Origin: Octopus sinensis
Taxonomy: Eukaryota
Length of the DNA: 64,000 nt
Direction of reading: 5' to 3'
NCBI RefSeq assembly: GCF_006345805.1
Contig: NC_043016.1
Location: 18,290,001-18,354,000 of the forward strand
The stretch's first letter is position 1. Every line of letters starts with the position of its first letter. Shown one piece after another: positions 24,800 to 37,935 of the stretch. A model generated the notes under the pieces. It ran no database searches, was not told the origin of the DNA, and saw only the letters and a list, made by a program, of their open reading frames with translations. The translations under genes were made by a program, and so were the position numbers.

Positions 24800-25024
24800 G
24801 TGGTTGGCATTAATAAGGGCATTCAGCTGGTGCTTGTGCTATGTTTAAAGCACCCAGTACATGTACGCTCTATAATGTGGTTGGCATTAGGAAGGGCATC
24901 TAGCCAGAAAAACCATTCCAAAACAAGCCTGTGGTGCTTGGTGTAGACCTCTGTCTTGCCAGCTTCTCTCAAACCGTCCAACCCATGCCAGCATAGAAAA
25001 TGGATGTTAAATGATGATGGTGAT
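24800..25024 (+). mobile_element. (ATG)n-tailed retroposon, degenerate 3' part
   Basis: ggcattaggaagggcatc ... aatggatgttaaatgatgatgg. Confidence 0.65.
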
Positions 25025-25654
25025 TATACCTGACCCCATACCTTCACAACACACACACACACACACACAGTATCACACACTCGCACATATACATATATAT
25101 GTATATGTATAAAACACATAAGGCTATGATTTGGTGAGATTTGTCTGCTATTCCTAGCAGGTCTGGTGACCACATAGAGGCTTCCCGCTTTGGTTCATCA
25201 CAACATTAATGATGGTGAATGACAAAAACAAGAGTACTGACTGGCCAAGCTTTTCAGTCTCCCGTGTGAAATGTGTTATTACCAGCCATTCTGCCGTATG
25301 TAAGGCTACTGTATACTTAACTCATGATAGCTGTGAGAACTCATTTGAAAACAGGTACAAGTCAATGAAGAAACCTCTGCTTCATGCATGGACAACCTTT
25401 ATTTATTCATCTATTTATTTATTTATTTAACTACCTATTTATTATTTTTTTTAGCTGCATACCTTGTGTGTTACTGTTTATCATAAACTGGGCCATATAA
25501 ACAAAAAGAAAAAAAATAATCATTTACTGACAAAATAAAAAACATATGTAGTTCAAACACACCATATACATTGCTTTAAAGAAATCATTAAAAATGACTA
25601 TAAGGGAATGACAGAGAAAGAGAGAAGGAAAAGTATACTGTTTAAGATCGTTAC

Positions 25655-26232
25655 CTACATCGCCTTACTGGCACTTGTGCTTGTGGCATGTGAAAAAACA
25701 TTCAAACGAGGTCGTTGCCAGTGCCACTGGACTGGTTCCTATGAAGGTGGCACATAAAAAGCACCATTTGAGCGTGGCCACTGTCAGTACCACTAGACTG
25801 GCCCCCGTGCTGGTGGCATGTAAAAGCACCCACTACACTCTTGGAGTAGTTGGCGTTAGGAAGGACATCCAGCTGTAGAAACTCTGCCAAATCAAGATTG
25901 GAGCCTGGTGCAGCCATCTTGTTCACCAGACCTCAGTCAAATCGTCCAACCCATGCTAGCATGGAAAGCGGACGTTAACCCTTTCGTTACTGTTTTTCTG
26001 TTGAGATGCTCTGTGTTTCTTTCAATCAATTTTAAATATAACAAAGAATTTAGTAAAATAACTTAGTCATCATTCAGCTATCATTAGGAACATAAATTAT
26101 GACTAAGGTTTGGTTGAAGATTTTAATTCAAAACTTATGAAAACAAGACATTTGTACTCAGAGCCAGAGCTGGTTTCAGCTGGGTTGGTAATGAAAGGGT
26201 TAAACAATGATGATGATGATGATGACGATGAT
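25655..26232 (+). mobile_element. (ATG)n-tailed retroposon with piggyBac MITE in its tail
   Basis: Tail ggaaagcggacgTTAA[MITE]TTAAacaatgatgatg. Confidence 0.8.
25979..26199. mobile_element. piggyBac-like MITE P1
   Basis: TTAA|ccctttcgttac ... gtaatgaaaggg|TTAA with duplicated TTAA. Confidence 0.85.
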
Positions 26233-26391
26233 GAGACCTATAGATTATGTTACAAAAATTTTAATAAACAGCTATTATGGCTATACAAACATGACATTGT
26301 CTGTGACGTGCAAAACAGTTTTTCAGTTGCAACAGGTTGCTTTCTACAAATAGCCATGAAATATCCTTGAAATTTTACCCAACCATCTTAA

Positions 26392-26606
26392 CCCTTTAGC
26401 ATTCACATTATTCTGCCAAATGTCATGCTTATTTATTCTTTGGAATTAATTTATTATCTCATCGCTTCAAGGTTTCAATGATGTGATTGTTGATTTTTGT
26501 AGAATGATATTGTAGGGTAACTGTGAGAGGCAGGACCTGGCCAGTTTGAACATAAAACAAGTAGAATATTTGGGATAGATATATGGCCAGTTTAAATCCT
26601 AAAGGG
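26392..26606. mobile_element. piggyBac-like MITE P2
   Basis: TTAA|ccctttagcatt ... aatcctaaaggg|TTAA. Confidence 0.8.
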
Positions 26607-26889
26607 TTAAAAGGAGCCCTTTGTCGGCCATAGTTAACCCTTTTTCTACACATTTACATGCAGCATGGGAAGCAAGAATATTTTAAGTAAGACTATGCAT
26701 GCAGGTGTCCTCAATCCATGCATCCAAGTGAAAGGCCCCTGAAATGGACTGACACTGCTTGGAACCAATACGGTTGCAAGCATTGCTGTTGAGATACATA
26801 GAGCTATAACAGTTGCTACAAGATGTTTTGCCTGACACTTTAAGGGTAAAGACCTCCTTTGGCCATGAATGGTCATGGGATTGCACCTA

Positions 26890-27168
26890 GAAAGTTCCCC
26901 TCAGAGGCACAAATCTGAGCAAGGTTGTTTATGGAAGACCAGCAGTCACCCCTGTTCACATTACTGATGTTATCCAAGAGAAAGGTAAAGGCTGATACAG
27001 CTTGGCACCAGTGACATTGCAACTCATTTCTACAGCCAAGTAAACTGGAGCGACGTGAAATAAAGTGTCTTGCTCAAAGAACACAACACATAGCTCAGTT
27101 CAAGAATCAAACTCACAACCTCATGATTATGAGCCTGATGCCCTAACCATTGAGCCATCCACCTTCAC
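26890..27168 (-). mobile_element. SINE family C
   Basis: Reverse complement has a tRNA-like head and gtgttcttgagcaagacactttatttcacgt body; tail matches 58960-59085. Confidence 0.65.
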
Positions 27169-27638
27169 CTCTAACACTTTTGCTAATCCACTGCCCCAGA
27201 CTACTATTCATCCTTTCAGTTTGATATATACAAATACCAATTTGATCTTGTAGGGATTTAAATGCTGACTGTAGGGGATCAGAGCAAATACTGCAAGGCA
27301 TTCTATCCAATGCTATAACGACCAAAAATACTGGATGTTTGTATCCTTTTTGTCAGAAGTGCCCACGATCATCTGCAGCAGTGGTCCTCAACTGGACTCC
27401 ATATGACTTTTGGGGGTCCATATAAGATTTAGTTGTTAAAAGTTATGTGCAATAAACCAAAATCTTGTGAGCGAATCTTGTTGATGGAGATTGAAAGAAA
27501 CCTGTGTGCGTGTGCATGTGTGTGTGTGTGCGTGCGTGCATGTATATGTATATGTCTGTGTATGTATATGTCTGTGTGTGTATGTATATATCTATGCATG
27601 TGTGTTTGTCTCATTAAGATGATGGTAATGATTAGTAA

Positions 27639-27670
<32 letters not shown>

Positions 27671-27673
<3 letters not shown>

Positions 27674-28003
27674 CACCAAGGTTGACTTTGCCTTTCATCT
27701 TTCTGGGGTTGATAAATTATCAATGTGATCGACAGACCCCTCCCACCAAATTTCAGGCCTTGTACCTATAACCTATATTAGAAAGGATTATTATTATTAT
27801 TGTTATTATTAAGTTGGTGAGCTGGCAGAATTTTTAGTACATTCTGAGTTCAAATTCTGCTGAGGTCGACTTTGCCTTTCATCCTTTTGGGGTTGACAAA
27901 TTAAGTAACAGTTGCGTACTGGGATCAATCTTATTGACTGCTCCCACCCACCAAATTTCAGGCCTTGTGCCGATAGTAGAAAGGATCATTATTATTATTA
28001 TTT
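27671..28003 (+). mobile_element. Two adjacent SINE family B copies with (ATT)n tails
   Basis: gactttgcctttcatc core twice, each ending agaaaggat(tat)n. Confidence 0.75.
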
Positions 28004-28290
28004 ATTCTTTTTATCTCAGACTTTGTTGGAACTCCTGGAGTCTTGCATACATATAGCAGGCTTGCTACCTGCAGCCTATGGTACCATGCTATCTGTTCTT
28101 TTTGACTATCTAATACTTTCCTGATTATTCTGGCCATGGAGGCAAACCTTTTGCAACAGCTCTACTAGGCACTCTATTCTGATTTCCATTATATTCCTCT
28201 TGTTGCCTTCTGATACTGTCCCCAAGGATTCAACAATAATTGGCACTATCTTCACCTCCTTCATTTTCCATTGCCAGGCTATTTCATACT
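28000..28290 (-). pseudogene. R4/Dong-like RLE LINE 3' end with (TAA)n tail
   Basis: KYEIAWQWKMKEVKIVPIIVESLGTV...LLQKVCL...ARIIRKVLD on minus strand. Confidence 0.65.
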
Positions 28291-28394
28291 TAAGAGGATT
28301 TTATATATGATGGTGATATATATATATATATATGCCTTCCTTCTTGACTATTTGTGGGTCAAAGGGGCACACAACATCAAGTGTATAGCTCATT

Positions 28395-28910
28395 ATTATT
28401 ATTATTATTATTATTGACATCGCACAGTATACAATATCATGAGGTTGGTCAAGTCACAACAAAAACCTCAGACAGACAGTACTTAACGCAATATGAGTGC
28501 AGTTCCAAGTAATGCCAACTTTTGTAATACATCTAGATTGTAGAGTATTTCTAAAGTTTGCAGATGCTTTTTCAGGTTGGGTGGTTTTGAACCCAATGCT
28601 CCGATGACAACGGGGACAACCTTTGACTCTTGTAGCTGCCACATTCTTAACAATCTCAATTCTCAGGTCTCCATATTTACCAATCTTTTCTCTTTCTTTC
28701 TTTCAAGATGATATGTTGATCTCCTGGCACTGCCACATCGATTATTAGGCACTCTTGTTTGTCCCTCCTAAAGGTTATTACATCTGGCCTTTGGTGCTCT
28801 AACACCTTGTCCATCTGGAAGTCAAAGTCCCAGAGGATTTTTGCCTTCCCCTTATGTCCATTACCTTTTCCAGTGCATGTTGGTACCATGCACCCATAAC
28901 CTCATATCCA
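28395..28910 (-). pseudogene. R4/Dong-like RLE LINE 3' end with (TAA)n tail
   Basis: KILWDFDFQMDKVLEHQRPDV...CLIIDVAVPGD...EKIGKYGDLRIEI...VVPVVIGALG...LQKLALLGTA (PD..D..K nuclease). Confidence 0.8.
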
Positions 28911-29039
28911 TATTTATTATTTTTGGTAGTGGTGGTATTAGAAAGGGCAACTAAAGGAGTTAGTATAAGGAAAGGTACCCAGATGTGAACATTACCTTAA
29001 AAATACTATTCAAGCTATGGCTGTATAGTATAATGAACG

Positions 29040-29560
29040 TGATGATGATGATATATATGTTTTATATGTTGGATCTGGAAAAAGAGGTGTTGCTTATGAC
29101 CATTGCGGGTTCTCTTAGACCATTGAGACTGATGCCATTAATACCTCTCTTGAACTTTTCTTGCAAGTCAACATCTGCATAAAAGTCATGAGCAGGGAAG
29201 GAATACCCGAGGGTTGATGTTTTGGAGAGAAAGGATTTGGCTTAATAATTCAGTGTTGGGTCTGAGGAGAGGAGATGATGAGAAAAGATGAGTGGAGGTG
29301 GCATGAGCTCAACCATCTCTGAGAAGCATGGGCCATTATAGTAGTAGTTGAAAAAGCAGAGAGAGGAGGCAGTGCATATATAGGCTATAGGGTAGAACAT
29401 GCCTGTGAGTAACTTTAAACCAATCAGTCGAGTAGCTCTTTTTTAGATGTAGTCTAGTGTGATTTTTTTTGGAGGGAGAACTGGCAGCTCTTTCTAGCTT
29501 GTTTTGAGCACCTTCCTAACCGCAGACAGAACTTTCACAGTGTGTTCAAACTGAAAGTCA
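29040..29560 (-). pseudogene. CR1/Jockey-group LINE 3' remnant
   Basis: Decayed KRATRLIG...YYYNG...DLQ.KFKRGIN on minus strand, (ATC)n tail. Confidence 0.5.
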
Positions 29561-29577
29561 TATGTGAGTGTTACATG

Positions 29578-29677
29578 NNNNNNNNNNNNNNNNNNNNNNN
29601 NNNNNNNNNNNNNNNNNNNNNNNNNNNNNNNNNNNNNNNNNNNNNNNNNNNNNNNNNNNNNNNNNNNNNNNNNNNNN
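29578..29677. other. Assembly gap (100 N)
   Basis: Run of 100 N, probably a placeholder of unknown size. Confidence 1.
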
Positions 29678-30073
29678 GCTGTTTGGGCAATTGAACCCCT
29701 GTACTTTTACTATCCGTTCCATTGTATTCATCATTTTTGTTATTAACCGTATTACTTTTATCTTGATAACTCCTAGTTTCAACACAAGAACTACAGGAGT
29801 TTTCTTCCTTACATCGAAAAGAAATGAAGCACAATTTGGAAAACATTCTTAAGACATGTGCAATGCTAACTAATGCTGCGTATTTCCAAACAATATATTA
29901 CGGACACGAAAATTGTTATTTTGCGGAATGCCCTATGAGTGTCTAAAAAAAGTAAATCTGTTACAATCTTTATAGAATTCATTGTTTCCTTCCAGCGGTA
30001 CCAAATACAAGGATTGTACAACCATCTTTTAATGACTGTTTTAAATCTAAAAGTGAAGTCAATATTATTATTA

Positions 30074-30239
30074 GGCGCAGGAGCGGCTGGTGTGTAAGTA
30101 GCTTGCAACCAATCACATGGTTCCGGTTCAGTCCCACTGCGTGGCATCTTGGGCAAGTGTCTTCTGCTATAGCCCGGGCGACCAATGCCTTGTCAGTGGA
30201 TTTGGTAGACGGAAACTGAAAGAAGCCTGTCGTATATAT

Positions 30240-30300
<61 letters not shown>

Positions 30301-30525
30301 TGTTTGTGTGTCGGTTTTTGTCCCCCTAGCATTGCTTGACAACCGATGCTGGTGTGTTTATGTCCCCGTTACTTAGCGGTTCGGCAAAAGACACCGATAG
30401 AATAAGTACTGGGCTTACAAAAAAAAAAGAATAAGTCCCGGGGTCGAGTTGCTCGATTAAAGGCGGTGCTCCAGCATGGCCACAGTCAAATGACTGAAAC
30501 AAGTAAAAGAGTAAAAGAGTAAAAC
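30074..30525 (+). mobile_element. SINE family A
   Basis: Full head, internal (AT)n, tail (gagtaaaa)n. Confidence 0.9.
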
Positions 30526-30961
30526 AGTAAGCTTACACTGATAATTTCTATTCAACATTATGGTCATTTATTCTTTTTTAGTCATTAGACTGCGGCCATG
30601 CTGAAGTATCTCATTAAAGAATTTCTAAAGTCGAACGTATGGACCCCAGTACTTCTTTCTTTTTGTTTTTAACCTGGTATTAATTCTATCGTTTTTTTTT
30701 GCGAACCGCTAGGTTACGAGGATATGAACGCACTAAGAGTGGTTGTCAAACGAGGCTAGGGAGCAAATAGATACACATACGCTCGCACGCACAAACACAA
30801 ACATACAGACAGAGACAAACACAAACACACACACACACACACATGACCCCGAACCATGCGACTGGAAAGGAATCTTTTCATCACACAGTCACCCCTACAC
30901 CAATAGGTGGAGGCGTGACTGTGTGGTGAGAAGATATCACTCTGCTTATTATTTGTACAAT

Positions 30962-31150
30962 AAGGGCGGCGTACAGGCAGAATCGTTAGCACGCCGGGCG
31001 AAATGCTTAGCATTCTGAGTTCAAACTCCACCGAGGTCGACTTTGCCTTTTATTCTTTCGGGGTCGATAAAATTAGTACCAGTTACGCACTGGGGTCTAT
31101 GTAATCGACTTAATCCCTTCCCTCTAATTTACGGCATTTTGCTTCCAGTA
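30962..31150 (+). mobile_element. SINE family B, internally deleted
   Basis: ggcagaatcgttagcacgccgggcgaaatgcttagc head and core. Confidence 0.75.
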
Positions 31151-33025
31151 GAAATGATTATTTGTACAATATATTTTTGTGTGGAGTATGATGATAAATG
31201 GTGATCTGACTAGTATTCTAAAGTTCTATAATAATTTCGCATTGTCATTGTCCAAGTCAGGCGGGTGTCCATAGGTATGCCATAGAGTTCGTGGGATACC
31301 TTCAGTGTATTTTGCATCTGAATATATATGCAGTGGAAGTTAATAATTCTGTGATAGCATCAGTTATATTGCTTTCGAAAGAGCGCGGGCTAAAACTACA
31401 CGCCCTTCCCCTCAATTGCTCAGTTGAAACTTAGAGAGTCAAGAGACAGTTAGCTGGTGCTGCTTGGTGGAGCCTACCAGCGAGTAACTAAAGGGAAATT
31501 TGGCAGGATGGACATTCACCCGCTGACATTCGTTGACGTTGCATCGAAGAAACCAAAGAACAAAAGAAAAAAGAAGAAGAAACACACTCAACACCGAAGT
31601 TGAAGACACCTCCGAAAGTGTGTGTGTGGGTGGGGGGGGGCGTCGAAAATGGTAGAGGAGTATTGGCCGGAACCGCATATGGTTCCTCCTAACTGATGAT
31701 GCCTTTAGCCACTGGATCCTATGAAGGAGCTGTTGAGGTAGCGAACCCCGAAACGTGGTTGGAATTCCTTCACAAATGACATTTGGTATCTCTATTACAG
31801 GAATTGTGGATACATTGTTGCAATATCTCTAGCAGAAATGCTCTCACTAATAGTGAATACTGCTTCAGTTTCTCCATTGAAGCTAGTACACTTAGGACAT
31901 TCGACATTAAGTCTCTATTGATTATGAAAATGAATAGAAGCTCAGTTGAAACCTATAATAGATTACTACTGCAGGGACTAACGTTGTTGCTCGTACGTAT
32001 ATTCTTAAATCTCACCCAAATAAGACCAAATATGACGTCACTAACTAACACTCTCCAACCCCCAACCTCCAACCTACATTATTGTCGTTTCTTCAAACTG
32101 CTTCTTCTGCTTTATAATGGTCTTTAATCCTCGGAAACTAGTTAATCTGCTCTTACTTCCGCTCGGAACCATCCAACATACACATTCTTCTCCTTTTGTC
32201 ACTCATATTGTGTCTACTTCTACCACTAGGTTCGGAACAAATTATTTCACCCAGTTCTCTTTTAACAGATAAGTAATCCTCTCGAATCCCTGCCCAGACC
32301 ATGTTTTTTCTAGAAACGCCAACTTGCATTTATTTATTTTTTTTCAAGAAGATCCAGCCCGTCAATTTCACCAGTTCCTAAAAGCCTGAAAAGGCCATTG
32401 ATTCCATATTTTCTTCCAGGCCAAATTATTTATAAAAGAATACCTTTATGGTTGTTCACTATATTCATCTTATCTGCTGTTATCTTGTGATTTACTGATG
32501 CTGTCTTAAGTTTATATCTTAGTTGTTTGAAATCGAATTTATCTGTAAATATTATTGTTAAGAATTTAATCGATATACTACTTTGAACATTCACTGTCGG
32601 CAATAACATCATTAATATCCGTTTCTTAGACTGCTCCAAGTCACTCAATAATCTCCCACTGGCTTCTCTTCGAATGTGGAGTCAATGTATGACGACTTTT
32701 CACATGAACTCTAGTGTTGCCGTCAATAAAAGCCAGACAGCTTACGTTCCAGTCAGAAGTTGGAATTGCAGAAATGGTATTTTTGCCATGTTGATGAGAT
32801 ATTAAAGATTTTATTTTTGTTCTCTCAAAATATTTGCACCTTTTGCACACACAATTTTAAATTCAATCACGCTTAAGTATTAAGAGTACACGGAATTGTC
32901 TAACTCATGTATTATGTACCATCGATAGAGTTTCAAATCTTCGGACTGACTTGCCAGTTTACCTTGTCAGTATTACCATTCTTTGGAATACATCCAAGCT
33001 AGCAGACATTTTAATATCTTTACTA

Positions 33026-33181
33026 GGCGTAGGAGTGGGTGTGTGGTAAGTAGCTTGCTTACGAACTACATGTTTTCGGGTTCAGTCCCACTGCGTGGCA
33101 CCTTGGGCAATTGTCTTCTACTATAGTCTCGGGTTGACCAAAGTGGATTTAGTAGACGGAAACTAAAAGAAGCCTGTCGTA

Positions 33182-33255
<74 letters not shown>

Positions 33256-33520
33256 TGTATGTATGTATGTATGCATGTATGTATGTATGCATGCATGCAT
33301 GCATGTATGTATGTATGTATGTATGTATGTGTGTATGTGTGTATGTGTGTGTGTATGTGTGTGTGTGTGTATGTTGGTGCGTCTGTGTTCGGTAGAAAGA
33401 GCTGATAGAATAAGTACTAGGCTTACAAAGAGTAAGTCCTGGGGTCGATTTGCTCGACTAAAGGCGGTGCTCCAGCATGGTCACAGTCAAATGACTGAAA
33501 CAAGTAAAAGAGTAAAGAAT
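33026..33520 (+). mobile_element. SINE family A with expanded internal (AT)n/(ATGT)n
   Basis: Head and tail intact; middle replaced by microsatellite. Confidence 0.85.
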
Positions 33521-33851
33521 ATAAAGAGAGTGACTGCATAGTAGCACAAAGGAGAATCATTTCAAGCATATAAATGTAATTTGGTCACTCTAGACGAAGA
33601 TTTGTAGTATGTTCCTGTCTCCTCCCGCCCTCATAAACTACACGAAGTTGGCTATTTGTCACTCAACTCAGGTGAAAAAAAAGGCGTAGCAGAAACGAAA
33701 ACCTATCAGCTTGAAATATTGTATCATATAATTTCTGTGATAGTGAAAGTTACCTAATTTCATAAAACGGATTTTATCTATCTTCGATGACTGGAAGTGG
33801 TGGTCGCAAATAAAAAATTGTAACGCTTTTCAATTTCTATTGTTGGCACAT

Positions 33852-34450
33852 ACTCTTTTACTTGTTTCAGTCATTTTACTGTGGCCATGCTGGAGCACCG
33901 CCTTTAGTCGAGCAAATTGACCCCAGGACTTATTCTTTATAAGCCTAGTACTTATTCTATCGGTCTCTTTTGCAGAACCGCTAAGTTACGGGGACGTAAA
34001 CACACCAACATCGGTCGTCAAGCGATGGTGGGGGGACGGAAACAGACGCACACATATACATACATGCATGCATATATATATGTATATATATATACGACGG
34101 GTTTCATTCAGTTTCCGTCTACCAAATCCACTCACAAAGCTTTGGTCTGCCCGAGGCTATAGTAGAAGTCACTTACCCAAGGTGCCACGCAGTGGGACTG
34201 AACCTCGAGCCATGTGGTTGGCAAGCAAGCTACTTTATTTCATTCAATTTGCTATCAAGACATTTCACAGAAGTAGTAGCTGCGGACAATAACATTAATG
34301 AGATGAATGTTGAAAAAATGGTATTAATGAGGGAAGGCAGAAGAGGCCCGCCGATCTCTGCTTCTCTAAAACATTGTTCTGTTACAAACATGCAATTTGA
34401 GGTAATAAACCTCTTATTAATGTAAGCTACTGGCCATACAGCCACTCCTG
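33852..34450 (-). mobile_element. SINE family A whose head is split by a 189-bp insertion
   Basis: aagctact duplicated at 34227-34234 and 34424-34431; SINE head resumes ccatacagccactcctg. Confidence 0.75.
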
Positions 34451-34542
<92 letters not shown>

Positions 34543-34547
34543 ATATA

Positions 34548-34584
<37 letters not shown>

Positions 34585-34770
34585 AAGTTGGTTTGTGAAA
34601 GCACGTGGTTGAATATATAGAAAAAGTAAAAAAGTAAAAAACTACAGAAGGCTTAAAGGTTAAAAAATATATATATTTGCGTCAATATGTCTGAAGAATA
34701 TTAAGAAGTTTTTTCTTACAATGACATAGTTTAGAAGAAAGACCGGTTTCGCGTTTAGCTTTTCAAATTT

Positions 34771-35213
34771 CTTAACCACTACGCCATATGCCCGTGGGAA
34801 ATTATGGAGTGAAGTTAAAATAATAGACAGAGAACACCACTGGAAAATACGAAAACTAAAAGAAGCAGCACATATGCTAGGGAACAACAACCTCCTAAGC
34901 ATTCCGAGTGCAGATATGAATAGCATATAGGAACTGGTATTAAGGAAAGACAGGCGAATATTAGTTTCATAAACTCTAAAATTCACTTCATTATTGCCAA
35001 CGGGCATGTGGCGTAGTGGTTAAGAACGCGGGCTACTAACCCCAAAATTACGAGTTCGATTCCAGGTAGTGACCTGAATAATAATATCGAAAAATACCCA
35101 GGTTCGAAATTTCCCCAAGACACCTGATTAAGAGTGGAGGGTTTATCAGCCGAAACGTTTGTGTTAACAACAAACAAGGTGAGAACAAATATCCGTCAAA
35201 TGTAAATAATGTA
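34771..35213 (+). mobile_element. Penelope-like element 3' end: GIY-YIG ORF tail + tRNA-like promoter + degenerate hammerhead, with short inverted fragment at 5' end
   Basis: EVKIIDREHHWKIRKLKEAAHMLG at ~34810-34880; A-box 35009-35019, B-box 35054-35063; hammerhead remnant 35119-35165 (CTGATTA, G8 lost); inverted cttaaccactacgccatatgcccgtggg at ~34771. Confidence 0.7.
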
Positions 35214-35950
35214 AGCTGTACAACATTCTTATTTTCATATCAAACCAAAACTTATATGACTGAATTTGAGCCCAATTCAGACAGACGCAGTATAGTAAAA
35301 TAGATTTCATATTTAAAGATATAAAAATTTCAGCAATATATTTTAGGCGGCTTAATAACATCGAAACATGTGCGCCGTTGTCTCCTGTACTTGCCGAGCC
35401 GAAATTATTATTATTACTCACTGATCTATAGCCTCCTTTTTTTTCAGGTAGATGTAATTCTAATTAGGGTGTTGATTATCAGTTCCACTTAAAAATATGT
35501 TAACACCAACATAGCAAAGCATAGTTGGCTGACATTCTACTTTTATACTTCCCGTCTAACTGGTCTGTGATATATATTTCACTTCCGTATTTTTTACTTG
35601 TACATCTCGGGAGACGCATTTCAACGTATGTACAATGTTCACGCAAGACAATAAAGACATGTCTACAACTTTATTACTTTCTATACCACAACTATTTCAT
35701 ATTCATTTTTTAAAACTTATTGTCAGGAGGGAAGGTAGTACTCATAACTCTTTTCAGTATCTCTGAGACTGGCGGAAGGGTTTGGAGGAAGATATTCTCA
35801 AACCGGAATCTATTTCGAATGCTTGCAATAGAATAAATTCCGTTAAAAGTACCTAAGGTGCAAGGTTGTGACGTCAAGCCGGGAAGCGGATTAAATCTAC
35901 CAATATGTAGGTTATCACCGAACTGAATTCACCTGGCAAGAACGAATACC

Positions 35951-36175
35951 TATTTCTTTATCACCCACAAGGGGCTAAACACAGAGGGGACAAACAAGGA
36001 CAGACAAACGGATTAAGTCGATTACATCGACCCCAGTGTGTAACTGGTACTTAATTTATCGACCCCGGAAGGACGAAAGGCAAAGTCTACCTCGGCGGAA
36101 TTTGAACTCAGAACGTTACGGCAGACGAAATACCGCTAAGCATTTCTCCCGGCGTGCTAACGTTTCTGCCAGCTC
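35951..36175 (-). mobile_element. SINE family B, young copy
   Basis: Perfect 15-bp TSD gcaagaacgaatacc at 35936 and 36176. Confidence 0.9.
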
Positions 36176-36816
36176 GCAAGAACGAATACCATACCAACGT
36201 TCCCACCAATCTTCTATTCTAAATTAGTTATTGCATTTATTTGTGTGAAATGCTTAATTTAACACTGCCTCTTCGGGTTTCATTCACTAAGTACGTTCTA
36301 TTGCAAGCCTTCAAACCATTTTTCAGATTAAGATTGACTCTTCCTTTTTTTCCAACTAGTCTCGGAAGCCTTGAAGAAGAAAACAGTTCTCTCTGCTACC
36401 CTTTTTGTCTGTGTCTAAACGGTAACAAAAAAGAGAAGGACGTTGATTGCATATATATGTAACATTGAAAACATATCTGACCTCTTAGGTCTAATTATAA
36501 GAAACCATTGAATAGACGGTGATGGGAAATTAAATTTTTCTAGTAGATAATCAAATAATTGTTAGTAAATGCAGTGTGCATTCCCTATATTTTTGAATTG
36601 AAAACAGTTTATAAAGAAATTCGGTTAATGATACGCTGACATACAAAGATGATAAAAGTTCAATCAAATATTCAATCAAGCAGTCATCTCAGCTTTTCGA
36701 GGCCTCTAGATTATAATCCACAGAAAATGTAATTACTACATCTACTTCCAGTAGAAAGAGTAATCAGTATATTTATTCTAATATATTCGTTGATCAGGTC
36801 CAGTGTAATCAGGATA

Positions 36817-36856
<40 letters not shown>

Positions 36857-36907
36857 CGTGTGTATTATATGGATAATATAATATATATTATATGTATATA
36901 CATATAC

Positions 36908-36954
<47 letters not shown>

Positions 36955-36989
36955 TATACATATATATATATTCATATATATATATTCAC

Positions 36990-37045
<56 letters not shown>

Positions 37046-37539
37046 ATATATATACATATATACATATATATATACATATATATATATATACGAAAATAAG
37101 TAAGAATAATATGAAGCTGATGATAATGTCGAAGTTAATGATAATTTGTCGACATTTATAATGATAACGATGACTGTGTATAATGATAAGGGCGATGATG
37201 ATGTTCTTTATAACAGCATCATTAACGTAATAATGATACAGTTAAAGCAGTTGGCAGAACCAGAACCAGGCAGAACTGATTGGAAGTGTTATCATGTACA
37301 TTGTTTTGTCTTGGTATAAAAGATGGGCTACAGCAAATAGTCTGCTCAATACCACAGATTTGCTTGTCAGTTGTTTGACCTTAACCAGTTGAGCATGTCC
37401 CTTAGTGGCTGACGATATGTGCATCTCTGATCACGAGCAGAAGTAGTGGGGGAGCATCATAGCCATGTGTTTGTTGAGAGGGATTCTTTGGGGTTTGAAT
37501 AATTCACTTTTGGAAACATGGGTGTTTCGTTCAAAATCC

Positions 37540-37935
37540 TATATATATATACGACGGGTTTCTTTTAGTTTCTGTCTTCCAAATCCAGTCACAGGCTTCA
37601 GTCGGCCCATGGCTATAGAAGAAGACATTTGCCAAAGACAACTCACAGTGGAACTGAACCCAAAACCAACTACCTACCCCTGCGCCTATATTTTACTCTT
37701 TTATGTGTTTCACTCATTTGACTGCGGCTATGCTGGAACACAGCCTTTACTCGAACAAATGGGCTCCAGAACTTATTCTTTGTAAGCCTTGTACTTAATC
37801 TATCGGTCTATTTTGCCGAACTGCTACGTTATGAGGACGTAAACACAGCAGCATCGGTTGTCAAATGATGGTGGCGGGGCAAACACAGACACACAAACAT
37901 ATACTTACATAGATACACACAAACACACACACACA
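37540..37935 (-). mobile_element. Rearranged SINE family A segments
   Basis: Head-side segment followed by tail-side segment, both degenerate. Confidence 0.6.

Noticed and set aside
31690-31765. Hammerhead-like CTGATGA...CCGAAACGT
   Set aside because: Stem II does not close and no valid NUH triplet gives an adjacent stem I; at best a decayed remnant
32620-32850. Open frames on both strands in unique sequence
   Set aside because: No recognisable motif or convincing splice-site pair
35002-35075. tRNA gene
   Set aside because: A and B boxes present but no proper acceptor stem; it is a retroelement head seen in several copies
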